From the NCBI RefSeq assembly GCF_009914755.1, contig NC_060944.1: a stretch of DNA of 64,000 bases. One strand, 5' to 3'. The stretch is from the human T2T-CHM13v2.0 reference genome, Homo sapiens. A model generated the notes under the pieces. It was not told the origin of the DNA, did not search any database, and was given only the letters and a program-made list of their open reading frames with translations. The stretch's first letter is position 1. Every line of letters begins with the position of its first letter. Shown one piece after another: positions 13,301 through 26,220 of this stretch. A program made the translations under genes and the position numbers.

Positions 13301-15859
13301 GCTCTCTCAAAAGACATGTTCAACTCTGTCAGTTGAGGACACACATCACAAAGAAGTTTCTGAGAATGCTTCTGTCTAGTTTTTATGGGAAGATATTTCC
13401 TTTTTCACCATAGGCCACAACGCGCTCCAAATGTCCACTTCCAGGGAATGGAAAAAGAGTGTTTCCAACCTGCTCTATGAAAGCGAATGTTCAACTCCGT
13501 GACTTGAATGCAACCATCACAAGGAAGTTTCTGAGAATGCTTCCGTCTAGATTTTATATGAAGATATTCCCGTTTCCAACGAAATCCTCAAAGCTATCCA
13601 AATATCCACTTGGAGATTCTACAAAAAGAGTGTTTCAAAACTGCTCTATCAAAAGAAAGGTTCTACTCCATCAGTTGAGGACACACATCACGAGTAAGTT
13701 TCTGAGAATGCTTCTGTCTAGTTTTTATGGGAAGATATGTCCTTTTTCACCTTAGGCCGGAAAGCGCTCCAAAAGTCCAGTTACAGACACTACAAAAAGA
13801 GTGTTTCAAACCTGCTCTGTGAAAGGGAATGTTCCGTTCTGTGACTTGAATGCAAACATCACAAAGAAGTTGCTGAGAATGCTGCTGTCTGCTTTTTATA
13901 CCTTATCCCGTTTCTAACGAAATCCTCAAATCTAGCCAAATATCCACTTGCAGACTCCACAAAAACAGTGTTTCAAAACTGTACTGTCAAAAGAAATGTT
14001 CAACTCTGTTAGTTGAGGACACACATCAGAGACTAGCTTCTGAGAATGCTTCTGTCCAGTTGTTACGGGAAGATATTTCCTTTTTCAACATAGGCCTGAA
14101 ACCGCTTCAAATGTCCACTTCCAGATACTGCAAAGAGAGTGTTTCAAACCTTCTCTACGAAAGGGCATGTTCTCCTCTGTGACGTCAATGCAAACATCCC
14201 AAACAAGTTTCTGAGAATGCTTCTGTCTGGATTTAATCTGAAGACAATCCCGTTTCCAACGAAATCCTCAAAGATATGCAAATATGCTCCTGCAGATTCT
14301 ACAAAAAGAGTGTTTCAAAACTGCTCTATGAAAAGAAAGGTTCGACTCTGTTAGTAGAGGGCACACATCCCAAACAAGTTGCCGAGAATGATTCTGTCTG
14401 GTTTTTATGGGAAGATATTTCCTTTTCCAACACAAGCCTGAATGCGCTCCAAATGGACACTTCCAGATACGACAAAAGGAGTGTTTCAAATCTGTTCTAT
14501 GAAAGGGAACCTTCCATTGTGTGACTTGAATGCAAACACCACCAAGTAGTTTCTCAGAACGCTGCTGTCTGCTTTTTATATGTATTCCCGAGTCCAACGA
14601 AATCGTCAAAGCCAGCCAAATATCCACTTGCAGGTTCCACAAAAAGAGTGTTTCAAAACTGCTCTCTCAAAAGACATGTTCAACTCTGTCAGTTGAGGAC
14701 ACACACCACAAATAAGTTTCTGAGAATGCTTCTGTCTAGTTTTTATGGGAAGATATTTCCTTTTTCACCATAGGCCTCAAAGCGCTCCAAACGTCCACTT
14801 CCAGGGAATGGAAAAAGAGTGTTTCCAACCTGCTCTATGAAAGCCAATGTTCAACTCCGTGACTTGAATGCAACCATCACAAGGAAGTTTCTGAGAATGC
14901 TTCTGTCTAGATTTTATATGAAGATATTCCCGTTTCCAACGAAATCCTCAAAGCTATCCAAATATCCACTTGGAGATTCTACAAAAAGAGTGTTTCAAAA
15001 CTGCTCTATCAAAAGAAAGGTTCTACTCCGTCAGTTGAGGACACACATCATGAGTAAATTTCTGAGAATGCTTCTGTCTAGTTTTCATGGGAAGATATGT
15101 CCTTTTTCACCTTAGGCCGGAAAGTGCTCCAAAAGTCCAGTTACAGACACTACAAAAAGAGTGTTTCAAACCTGCTCTGTGAAAGGGAATGTTCCATTCT
15201 GTGACTTGAATGCAAACATCACAAAGAAGTTGCTGAGAATGCTGCTGTCTGCTTTTTATACCTTATCCCGTTTCCAACGAAATCCTCAAATCTAGCCAAA
15301 TATCCACTTGCAGACTCCACAAAAACAGTGTTTCAAAACTGTACTGTCAAAAGAAATGTTCAACTCTGTTAGTTGAGGACACCCATCAGAGACTAGCTTC
15401 TGAGAATGCTTCTGTCCAGTTGTTACGGGAAGATATTTCCTTTTTCAACATAGGCCTGAAACCGCTTCAAATGTCCACTTCCAGATACTGCAAAGAGAGT
15501 GTTTCAAACCTTCTCTACGAAAGGGCATGTTCTCCTCTGTGACGTCAATGCAAACATCCCAAAGAAGTTACTGAGAATGCTTCTGTCTGGATTTTATCTG
15601 AAGACAATCCCGTTTCCAATGAAATCCTCAAAGATATGCAAATATGCTCCTGCAGATTCTACAAAAAGAGTGTTTCAAAACTGCTCTATGAAAAGAAAGG
15701 TTCGACTCTGTTAGTAGAGGGCACACATCACATACAAGTTGCTGAGAATGATTCTGTCTGGTTTTTATGGGAAGATATTTCCTTTTCCAACACAAGCCTG
15801 AATGCGCTCCAAATGGACACTTCCAGATACGACAAAAGGAGTGTTTCAAAGCTGTTCTA

Positions 15860-18800
15860 TGAAAGGGAACGTTGCATTCTGTGACTTGAATGCAAACATC
15901 ACCAAGTAGTTTCTCAGAACTGTGCTGTCTGCTTCTTATATGTATTCCCGTTTCCAACGAAATCGTCAAAGCCAGCCAAATATCCACTTGCAGGTTCCAC
16001 AAAAAGAGTGTGTCAAAACTGCTCTCTCAAAAGACATGTTCAACTCTGTCAGTTGAGGACACACATCACAAAGAAGTTTGTGAGAATGCTTCTGCCTAGT
16101 TTTTATGGGAAGATATTTCCTTTTTCACCATAGGCCTCAAAGCGCTCCAAATGTCCAATTCCAGGGAATGGAAAAAGAGTGTTTCCAACCTGCTCTATGA
16201 AAGCAAATGTTCAACTCCGTGAATTGAATGCAACCAAAACAAGGAAGTTTCTGAGAATGCTTCTGTCTAGATTTTATATGAAGATATTCCCGTTTCCAAC
16301 GAAATCCCCAAAGCTATCAAAATATCCACTTGGAGATTCTACAAAAAGAGTGTTTCAAAACTGCTCTATCAAAAGAAAGGTTCTACTCCGTCAGTTGAGA
16401 ACACACATCACGAGTAAGTTTCTGTCAATGCTTCTGTCTAGTTTTTATGGGAAGACATGTCCTTTTTCACCTTAGACAGGAAAGCGCTCCAAAAGTCCAG
16501 TTACAGACACTACAAAAAGAGTGTTTCAAACCTGCTCTGTGAAAGGGAATGTTCAATTCTGTGACTTGAATGCAAACATCACAAAGAAGTAGCTGAGAAT
16601 GCTGCTGTCTGCTTTTTATACCTTATCCCGTTTCCAACGAAATCCTCAAATCTAGCCAAATATCCACTTGCAGACTCCACAAAAAGAGTGTTTCAAAACT
16701 GTACTGTCAAAAGAAATGTTCAACTCTGTTAGTTGAGGACACACATCAGAGACTAGCTTCTGAGAATGCTTCTGTCCAGTTGGTACGGGAAGATATTTCC
16801 TTTTTCAGAATAGGCCTGAAACCGCTTCAAATGTCCACTTCCAGATACTGCAAAGAGAGTGTTTCAAACCTTCTCTACGAAAGGGCATGTTCTCCTCTGT
16901 GACGTCAATGCAAACATCCCAAAGAAGTTTCTGAGAATGCTTCTGTCTGGATTTTATCTGAAGACAATCCCGTTTCCAACGAAATCCTCAAAGCTATGCA
17001 AATATGCTCCTGCAGATTCTACAAAAGGAGTGTTTCAAAACTGCTCTATGAAAAGAAAGGTTCGACTCTGTTAGTAGAGGGCACACATCACAAACAAGTT
17101 GCCGAGAATGCTTCTGTCTGGTTTTTATGGGAAGATATTTCCTTTTCCAACACAAGCCTGAATGCGCTCCAAATGGACACTTCCAGATACGACAAAAGGA
17201 GGGTTTCAAACCTGTTCTGTGAAAGGGAACGTTCCATTCTGTGACTTGAATGCAAACATCACCAAGTAGTTTCTCAGAACGCTGCTGTCTGCTTTTTATA
17301 TGAATTCCCGTTTCCAACGAAATCGTCAAAGCCAGCCAAATATCCACTTGCAGGTTCCACAAAAAGAGTGTGTCAAAACTGCTCTCTCAAAAGACATGTT
17401 CAACTCTGTCAGTTGAGGACACACATCACAAAGAAGTTTGTGAGAATGCTTCTGCCTAGTTTTTATGGGAAGATATTTCCTTTTTCACCATAGGCCTCAA
17501 AGCGCTCCAAATGTCCACTTCCAGGGAATGGAAAAAGAGTGTTTCCAACCTGCTCTATGAAAGCGAATGTTCAACTCCGTGACTTGAATGCAACCATCAC
17601 AAGGAAGCTTCTGAGAATGCTTCTGTCTAGATTTTATATGAAGATATTCCCGTTTCCAACGAAATCCTCAAAGCTATCCAAATATCCACTTGGAGATTCT
17701 ACAAAAAGAGTGTTTCAAAACTGTTCTATCAAAAGAAAGGTTCTACTCCGTCAGTTGAGGACACACATCACGAGTAAGTTTCTGACAATGCTTCTGTCTA
17801 GTTTTTATGGGAAGATATGTCCTTTTTCACATTAGGCCGGAAAGCGCTCCAAAAGTCCAGTTACAGACACTACAAAAAGAGTGTTTCAAACCTGCTCTGT
17901 GAAAGCGAATGTTCCATTCTGTGACTTGAATGCAAACATCACAAAGAAGTTGCTGAGAATGCTGCTGTCTGCTTTTTATACCTTATCCCGTTTCCAACGA
18001 AATCCTCAAATCTAGCCAAATATCCACTTGCAGACTCCACAAAAACAGTGTTTCAAAACTGTACTGTCAAAAGAAATGTTCAACTCTGTTAGTTGAGGAC
18101 ACACATCAGAGACTAGCTTCTGAGAATGCTTCTGTCCAGTTGTTACGGGAAGATATTTCCTTTTTCAACATAGGCCTGAAACTGCTTCAAATGTCCACTT
18201 CCAGATACTGCAAAGAGAGTGTTTCAAACCTTCTCTACGAAAGGGCATGTTCTCCTCTGTGACGTCAATGCAAACATCCCAAAGAAGTTTCTGAGAATGC
18301 TTCTGTCTGGATTTTATCTGAAGACAATCCCGTTTCCAACGAAATCCTCAAAGTTATGCAAATATGCTCCTGCAGATTCTACAAAAGGAGTGTTTCAAAA
18401 CTGCTCTATGAAAAGGAAGGTTCAACTATGTTAGTAGAGGGCACACATCACAAACAAGTTGCCGAGAATGATTCTGTCTGGTTTTTATGGGAAGATATTT
18501 CCTTTTGCAACACAAGCCTGAATGCGCTCCAAATGGACACTTCCAGATACGACAAAAGGAGTGTTTCAAACCTGTTCTATGAAAGGGAACGTTCCATTCT
18601 GTGACTTGAATGCAAACATCACCAAGTAGTTTCTCAGAACGCTGCTGTCTGCTTTTTATATGTATTCCCGTGTCCAAGGAAATCGTCAAAGCCAGCCAAA
18701 TATCAACCTGCAGGTTCCACAAAAAGAGTGTGTCAAAACTGCTCTCTCAAAAGACATGTTCAACTCCGTCAGTTGAGGACACACATCACAAAGAAGTTTC

Positions 18801-21490
18801 TGAGAATGCTTCTGTCTAGTTTTTATGGGAAGATATTTCCTTTTTCACCATAGGCCTCAAAGCGCTCCAAATGTCCACTTCCAGGGAATGGAAAAAGAGT
18901 GTTTCCAACCTGCTCTATGAAAGCCAATGTTCAACTCCGTGACTTGAATGCAACCATCACAAGGAAGTTTCTGAGAATGCTTCTGTCTAGATTTTATATG
19001 AAGATATTCCCGTTTCCAACGAAATCCTCAAAGCTATACAAATATCCACTTGGAGATTCTACAAAAAGAGTGTTTCAAAACTGCTCTATCAAAAGAAAGG
19101 TTCTACTCCGTCAGTTGAGGACACACATCACGAGTAAGTTTCTGACAATGCTTCTGTCTAGTTTTTATGGGAAGATATGTCCGTTTTCACCTTAGGCCGG
19201 CAAGCGCTCCAAAAATCCAGTTACAGACACTACAAAAAGAGTGTTTCAAACCTGCTCTGTGAAAGGGAATGTTCCATTCTGTGACTTGAATGCAAACATC
19301 ACAAAGAAGTTGCTGAGAATGCTGCTGTCTGCTTTTTATACCTTATAACGTTTCCAACGAAATCCTCAAATCTAGCCAAATATCCACTTGCAGACTCCAC
19401 AAAAACAGTGTTTCAAAACTGTACTGTCAAAAGAAATGTTCAACTGTGTTAGTTGAGGACACACATCAGAGACTAGCTTCTGAGAATGCTTCTGTCCAGT
19501 TGTTACGGGAAGATATTTCCTTTTTCAACATAGGCCTGAAACCGCTTCAAATGTCCACTTCCAGATACTGCAAAGAGAGTGTTTCAAACCTTCTCGACAA
19601 AAGGGCATGTTCTCCTCTGTGACGTCAATGCAAACATCCCAAAGAAGTTTCTGAGAATGCTTCTGTCTGGATTTTAGCTGAAGACAATCCCGTTTCCAAC
19701 GAAATCCTCAAAGATATGCAAATATGCACCTGCAGATTCTACAAAAAGAGTGTTTCAAAACTGCTCTATGAAAAGAAAGGTTCGACTCTGTTAGTAGAGG
19801 GCACACATCACAAACAAGTTGCCGAGAATGCTTCTGTCTGGTTTTTATGGGAAGATATTTCCTTTTCCAACACAAGCCTGAATGCGCTCCAAATGGACAC
19901 TTCCAGATACGACAAAAGGAGTGTTTCAAACCTGTACTGTGAAAGGGAACGTTCCATTCTGTGACTTGAATGCAAACATCACCAAGTAGTTTCTCAGAAC
20001 GCTGCTGTCTGCATTTTATATGTATTCCCGTGTCCAACGAAATCGTCAAAGCCAGCCAAATATCCACTTGCAGGTTCCACAAAACGAGTGTGTCAAAACT
20101 GCTCTCTCAAAAGACATGTTCAACTCTGTTAGTTGAGGACACACATCACAAAGAAGTTTCTGAGAATGCTTCTGTCTAGTTTTTAATGGAAGATATTTCC
20201 TTTTTCACCATAGGCCTCAAAGCGCTCCAAATGTCCACTTCCAGGGAATGGAAAAAGAGTTTTTCCAACCTGCTCTATGAAAGCGAATGTTCAACTCCGT
20301 GACTTGAATGCAACCATCACAAGGAAGTTTCTGAGAATGCTTCTGTCTAGATTTTATATGAAGATATTCCCGTTTCCAACGAAATCCTCAAAGCTATCCA
20401 AATATCCCCTTGGAGATTCTACAAAAAGAGTGTTTCAAAACTGCTCTATCAAAAGAAAGGTTCTACTCCGTCAGTTGAGGACACACATCACGAGTAAGTT
20501 TCTGAGAATGCTTCTGTCTAGTTTTTATGGGAAGATATGTCCTTTTTCACCTTAGGCCAGAAAGCGCTCCAAAAGTCCAGTTACAGACACTACAAAGAGA
20601 GTGTTTCAAACCTGCTCTGTGAAAGAGAATGTTCAATACTGTGACTTGAATGCAAACATCACAAAGAAGTTGCAGAGAATGCTGGTGTCTGCTTTTTATA
20701 CCTTATCCCGTTTCCAACGAAATCCTGAAATCTAGCCAAATATCCGCTTGCAGACTCCACAAAAGGAGTGTTTCAAAACTGTACTGTCAAAAGAAATGTT
20801 CAACTCTGTTAGGTGAGGACACACATCAGAGACTAGCTTCTGAGAATGCTTCTGTCCAGTTGTTACGGGAAGATATTTCCTTTTTCAACCTAGGCCTGAA
20901 ACCGCTTCAAATGTCTACTTCCAGATACTGCAAAGAGAGTGTTTCAAACCTTCTCTACGAAAGGGCATGTTCTCCTCTGTGACGTCAATGGAAACATCCC
21001 AAAGAAGTTTCTGAGAATGCTTCTGTCTGGATTTTATCTGAAGACAATCCCGTTTCCAACGAAATCCTCAAAGCTATGCAAATATGCTCCTGCAGATTCT
21101 ACAAAAAGAGTGTTTCAAAACTGCTCTATGAAAAGAAAGGTTCAACTATGTTAGTAGAGGGCACACATCACAAAAAAGTTGCAGAGAATGATTCTGTCTG
21201 GTTTTTATGGGAAGATATTTCCTTTTGCAACACAAGCCTGAATGCGCTCCAAATGGACACTTCCAGATACGACAAAAGGAGTGTTTCAAACCTGTTCTAT
21301 GAAAGGGAACGTTCCATTCTGTGACTTGAATGCAAACATCACCAAGTAGTTTCTCAGAACGCTGCTGTCTGCTTTTTATATGTATTCCCGTGTCCAAGGA
21401 AATCGTCAAAGCCAGCCAAATATCAACTTGCAGGTTCCACAAAAAGAGTGTGTCAAAACTGCTCTCTCAAAAGACATGTTCAACTCCGTC
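15860..21490 (-). repeat. Multi-HOR haplotype block repeated non-adjacently at ~52231-57861 (offset 36371)
   Basis: Shared rare variants occur in the same order: gttgcattc, aactgtgctg, gaattgaatg, accaaaac, cccaaagctatcaa, tggtacgg, gagggtttc, aagctt, cacattagg, ccttataacg, cctgtactgt, aatatcccct. Confidence 0.9.
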
Positions 21491-24400
21491 AGTTGAGGAC
21501 ACACATCACAAAGAAGTTTGTGAGAATGCTTCTGCCTAGTTTTTATGGGAAGATATTTCCTTTTTCACCATAGGCCTCAAAGCGCTCCAAATGTCCACTT
21601 CCAGGGAATGGAAAAAGAGTGTTTCCAACCTGCTCTATGAAAGCCAATGTTCAACTCCGTGACTTGAATGCAACCATCACAAGGAAGCTTCTGAGAATGC
21701 TTCTGTCTAGATTTTATATGAAGATATTCCCGTTTCCAACGAAATCCTCAAAGCTATCCAAATATCCACTTGGAGATTCTACAAAAAGAGTGTTTCAAAA
21801 CTGTTCTATCAAAAGAAAGGTTCTACTCCGTCAGTTGAGGACACACATCACGAGTAAGTTTCTGACAATGCTTCTGTCTAGTTTTTATGGGAAGATATGT
21901 CCTTTTTCACATTAGGCCGGAAAGCGCTCCAAAAGTCCAGTTACAGACACTACAAAAAGAGTGTTTCAAACCTGCTCTGTGAAAGCGAATGTTCCATTCT
22001 GTGACTTGAATGCAAACATCACAAAGAAGTTGCTGAGAATGCTGCTGTCTGCTTTTTATACCTTATCCCGTTTCCAACGAAATCCTCAAATCTAGCCAAA
22101 TATCCACTTGCAGACTCCACAAAAACAGTGTTTCAAAACTGTACTGTCAAAAGAAATGTTCAACTCTGTTAGTTGAGGACACACATCAGAGACTAGCTTC
22201 TGAGAATGCTTCTGTCCAGTTGTTATGGGAAGATATTTCCTTTTTCAACATAGGCCTGAAACTGCTTCAAATGTCCACTTCCAGATACTGCAAAGAGAGT
22301 GTTTCAAACCTTCTCTACGAAAGGGCATGTTCTCCTCTGTGACGTCAATGCAAACATCCCAAAGAAGTTTCTGAGAATGCTTCTGTCTGGATTTTATCTG
22401 AAGACAATCCCGTTTCCAACGAAATCCTCAAAGTTATGCAAATATGCTCCTGCAGATTCTACAAAAGGAGTGTTTCAAAACTGCTCTATGAAAAGGAAGG
22501 TTCAACTATGTTAGTAGAGGGCACACATCACAAACAAGTTGCCGAGAATGATTCTGTCTGGTTTTTATGGGAAGATATTTCCTTTTGCAACACAAGCCTG
22601 AATGCGCTCCAAATGGACACTTCCAGATACGACAAAAGGAGTGTTTCAAACCTGTTCTATGAAAGGGAACGTTCCATTCTGTGACTTGAATGCAAACATC
22701 ACCAAGTAGTTTCTCAGAACGCTGCTGTCTGCTTTTTATATGTATTCCCGTGTCCAAGGAAATCGTCAAAGCCAGCCAAATATCAACCTGCAGGTTCCAC
22801 AAAAAGAGTGTGTCAAAACTGCTCTCTCAAAAGACATGTTCAACTCCGTCAGTTGAGGACACACATCACAAAGAAGTTTCTGAGAATGCTTCTGTCTAGT
22901 TTTTATGGGAAGATATTTCCTTTTTCACCATAGGCCTCAAAGCGCTCCAAATGTCCACTTCCAGGGAATGGAAAAAGAGTGTTTCCAACCTGCTCTATGA
23001 AAGCCAATGTTCAACTCCGTGACTTGAATGCAACCATCACAAGGAAGTTTCTGAGAATGCTTCTGTCTAGATTTTATATGAAGATATTCCCGTTTCCAAC
23101 GAAATCCTCAAAGCTATACAAATATCCACTTGGAGATTCTACAAAAAGAGTGTTTCAAAACTGCTCTATCAAAAGAAAGGTTCTACTCCGTCAGTTGAGG
23201 ACACACATCACGAGTAAGTTTCTGACAATGCTTCTGTCTAGTTTTTATGGGAAGATATGTCCGTTTTCACCTTAGGCCGGCAAGCGCTCCAAAAATCCAG
23301 TTACAGACACTACAAAAAGAGTGTTTCAAACCTGCTCTGTGAAAGGGAATGTTCCATTCTGTGACTTGAATGCAAACATCACAAAGAAGTTGCTGAGAAT
23401 GCTGCTGTCTGCTTTTTATACCTTATAACGTTTCCAACGAAATCCTCAAATCTAGCCAAATATCCACTTGCAGACTCCACAAAAACAGTGTTTCAAAACT
23501 GTACTGTCAAAAGAAATGTTCAACTGTGTTAGTTGAGGACACACATCAGAGACTAGCTTCTGAGAATGCTTCTGTCCAGTTGTTACGGGAAGATATTTCC
23601 TTTTTCAACATAGGCCTGAAACCGCTTCAAATGTCCACTTCCAGATACTGCAAAGAGAGTGTTTCAAACCTTCTCGACAAAAGGGCATGTTCTCCTCTGT
23701 GACGTCAATGCAAACATCCCAAAGAAGTTTCTGAGAATGCTTCTGTCTGGATTTTAGCTGAAGACAATCCCGTTTCCAACGAAATCCTCAAAGATATGCA
23801 AATATGCACCTGCAGATTCTACAAAAAGAGTGTTTCAAAACTGCTCTATGAAAAGAAAGGTTCGACTCTGTTAGTAGAGGGCACACATCACAAACAAGTT
23901 GCCGAGAATGCTTCTGTCTGGTTTTTATGGGAAGATATTTCCTTTTCCAACACAAGCCTGAATGCGCTCCAAATGGACACTTCCAGATACGACAAAAGGA
24001 GTGTTTCAAACCTGTACTGTGAAAGGGAACGTTCCATTCTGTGACTTGAATGCAAACATCACCAAGTAGTTTCTCAGAACGCTGCTGTCTGCATTTTATA
24101 TGTATTCCCGTGTCCAACGAAATCGTCAAAGCCAGCCAAATATCCACTTGCAGGTTCCACAAAACGAGTGTGTCAAAACTGCTCTCTCAAAAGACATGTT
24201 CAACTCTGTTAGTTGAGGACACACATCACAAAGAAGTTTCTGAGAATGCTTCTGTCTAGTTTTTAATGGAAGATATTTCCTTTTTCACCATAGGCCTCAA
24301 AGCGCTCCAAATGTCCACTTCCAGGGAATGGAAAAAGAGTTTTTCCAACCTGCTCTATGAAAGCGAATGTTCAACTCCGTGACTTGAATGCAACCATCAC

Positions 24401-25567
24401 AAGGAAGTTTCTGAGAATGCTTCTGTCTAGATTTTATATGAAGATATTCCCGTTTCCAACGAAATCCTCAAAGCTATCCAAATATCCCCTTGGAGATTCT
24501 ACAAAAAGAGTGTTTCAAAACTGCTCTATCAAAAGAAAGGTTCTACTCCGTCAGTTGAGGACACACATCACGAGTAAGTTTCTGAGAATGCTTCTGTCTA
24601 GTTTTTATGGGAAGATATGTCCTTTTTCACCTTAGGCCAGAAAGCGCTCCAAAAGTCCAGTTACAGACACTACAAAGAGAGTGTTTCAAACCTGCTCTGT
24701 GAAAGAGAATGTTCAATACTGTGACTTGAATGCAAACATCACAAAGAAGTTGCAGAGAATGCTGGTGTCTGCTTTTTATACCTTATCCCGTTTCCAACGA
24801 AATCCTGAAATCTAGCCAAATATCCGCTTGCAGACTCCACAAAAGGAGTGTTTCAAAACTGTACTGTCAAAAGAAATGTTCAACTCTGTTAGGTGAGGAC
24901 ACACATCAGAGACTAGCTTCTGAGAATGCTTCTGTCCAGTTGTTACGGGAAGATATTTCCTTTTTCAACCTAGGCCTGAAACCGCTTCAAATGTCTACTT
25001 CCAGATACTGCAAAGAGAGTGTTTCAAACCTTCTCTACGAAAGGGCATGTTCTCCTCTGTGACGTCAATGGAAACATCCCAAAGAAGTTTCTGAGAATGC
25101 TTCTGTCTGGATTTTATCTGAAGACAATCCCGTTTCCAACGAAATCCTCAAAGCTATGCAAATATGCTCCTGCAGATTCTACAAAAAGAGTGTTTCAAAA
25201 CTGCTCTATGAAAAGAAAGGTTCAACTATGTTAGTAGAGGGCACACATCACAAAAAAGTTGCAGAGAATGATTCTGTCTGGTTTTTATGGGAAGATATTT
25301 CCTTTTGCAACACAAGCCTGAATGCGCTCCAAATGGACACTTCCAGATACGACAAAAGGAGTGTTTCAAACCTGTTCTATGAAAGGGAACGTTCCATTCT
25401 GTGACTTGAATGCAAACATCACCAAGTAGTTTCTCAGAACGCTGCTGTCTGCTTTTTATATGTATTCCCGTGTCCAAGGAAATCGTCAAAGCCAGCCAAA
25501 TATCAACTTGCAGGTTCCACAAAAAGAGTGTGTCAAAACTGCTCTCTCAAAAGACATGTTCAACTCC
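17408..25567 (-). repeat. Tandem duplication of a 4080-bp unit (3 HORs): ~17408-21487 and ~21488-25567
   Basis: Variant-bearing ORF peptides are identical at offset 4080 (17539/21619, 18219/22299, 18899/22979, 19708/23788, 20650/24730, 21146/25226). Confidence 0.93.
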
Positions 25568-26220
25568 GTCAGTTGAGGACACACATCACAAAGAAGTTTC
25601 TGAGAATGCTTCTGTCTAGTTTTTATGGGAAGATATTTCCTTTTTCACCATAGGCCTCAAAGCGCTCCAAATGTCCACTTCCAGGGAATGGAAAAAGAGT
25701 GTTTCCAACCTGCTCTATGAAAGCCAATGTTCAACTCCGTGACTTGAATGCAACCATCACAAGGAAGTTTCTGAGAATGCTTCTGTCTAGATTTTATATG
25801 AAGATATTCCCGTTTCCAACGAAATCCTCAAAGCTATACAAATATCCACTTGGAGATTCTACAAAAAGAGTGTTTCAAAACTGCTCTATCAAAAGAAAGG
25901 TTCTACTCCGTCAGTTGAGGACACACATCACGAGTAAGTTTCTGACAATGCTTCTGTCTAGTTTTTATGGGAAGATATGTCCGTTTTCACCTTAGGCCGG
26001 CAAGCGCTCCAAAAATCCAGTTACAGACACTACAAAAAGAGTGTTTCAAACCTGCTCTGTGAAAGGGAATGTTCCATTCTGTGACTTGAATGCAAACATC
26101 ACAAAGAAGTTGCTGAGAATGCTGCTGTCTGCTTTTTATACCTTATAACGTTTCCAACGAAATCCTCAAATCTAGCCAAATATCCACTTGCAGGCTCCAC
26201 AAAAACAGTGTTTCAAAACT

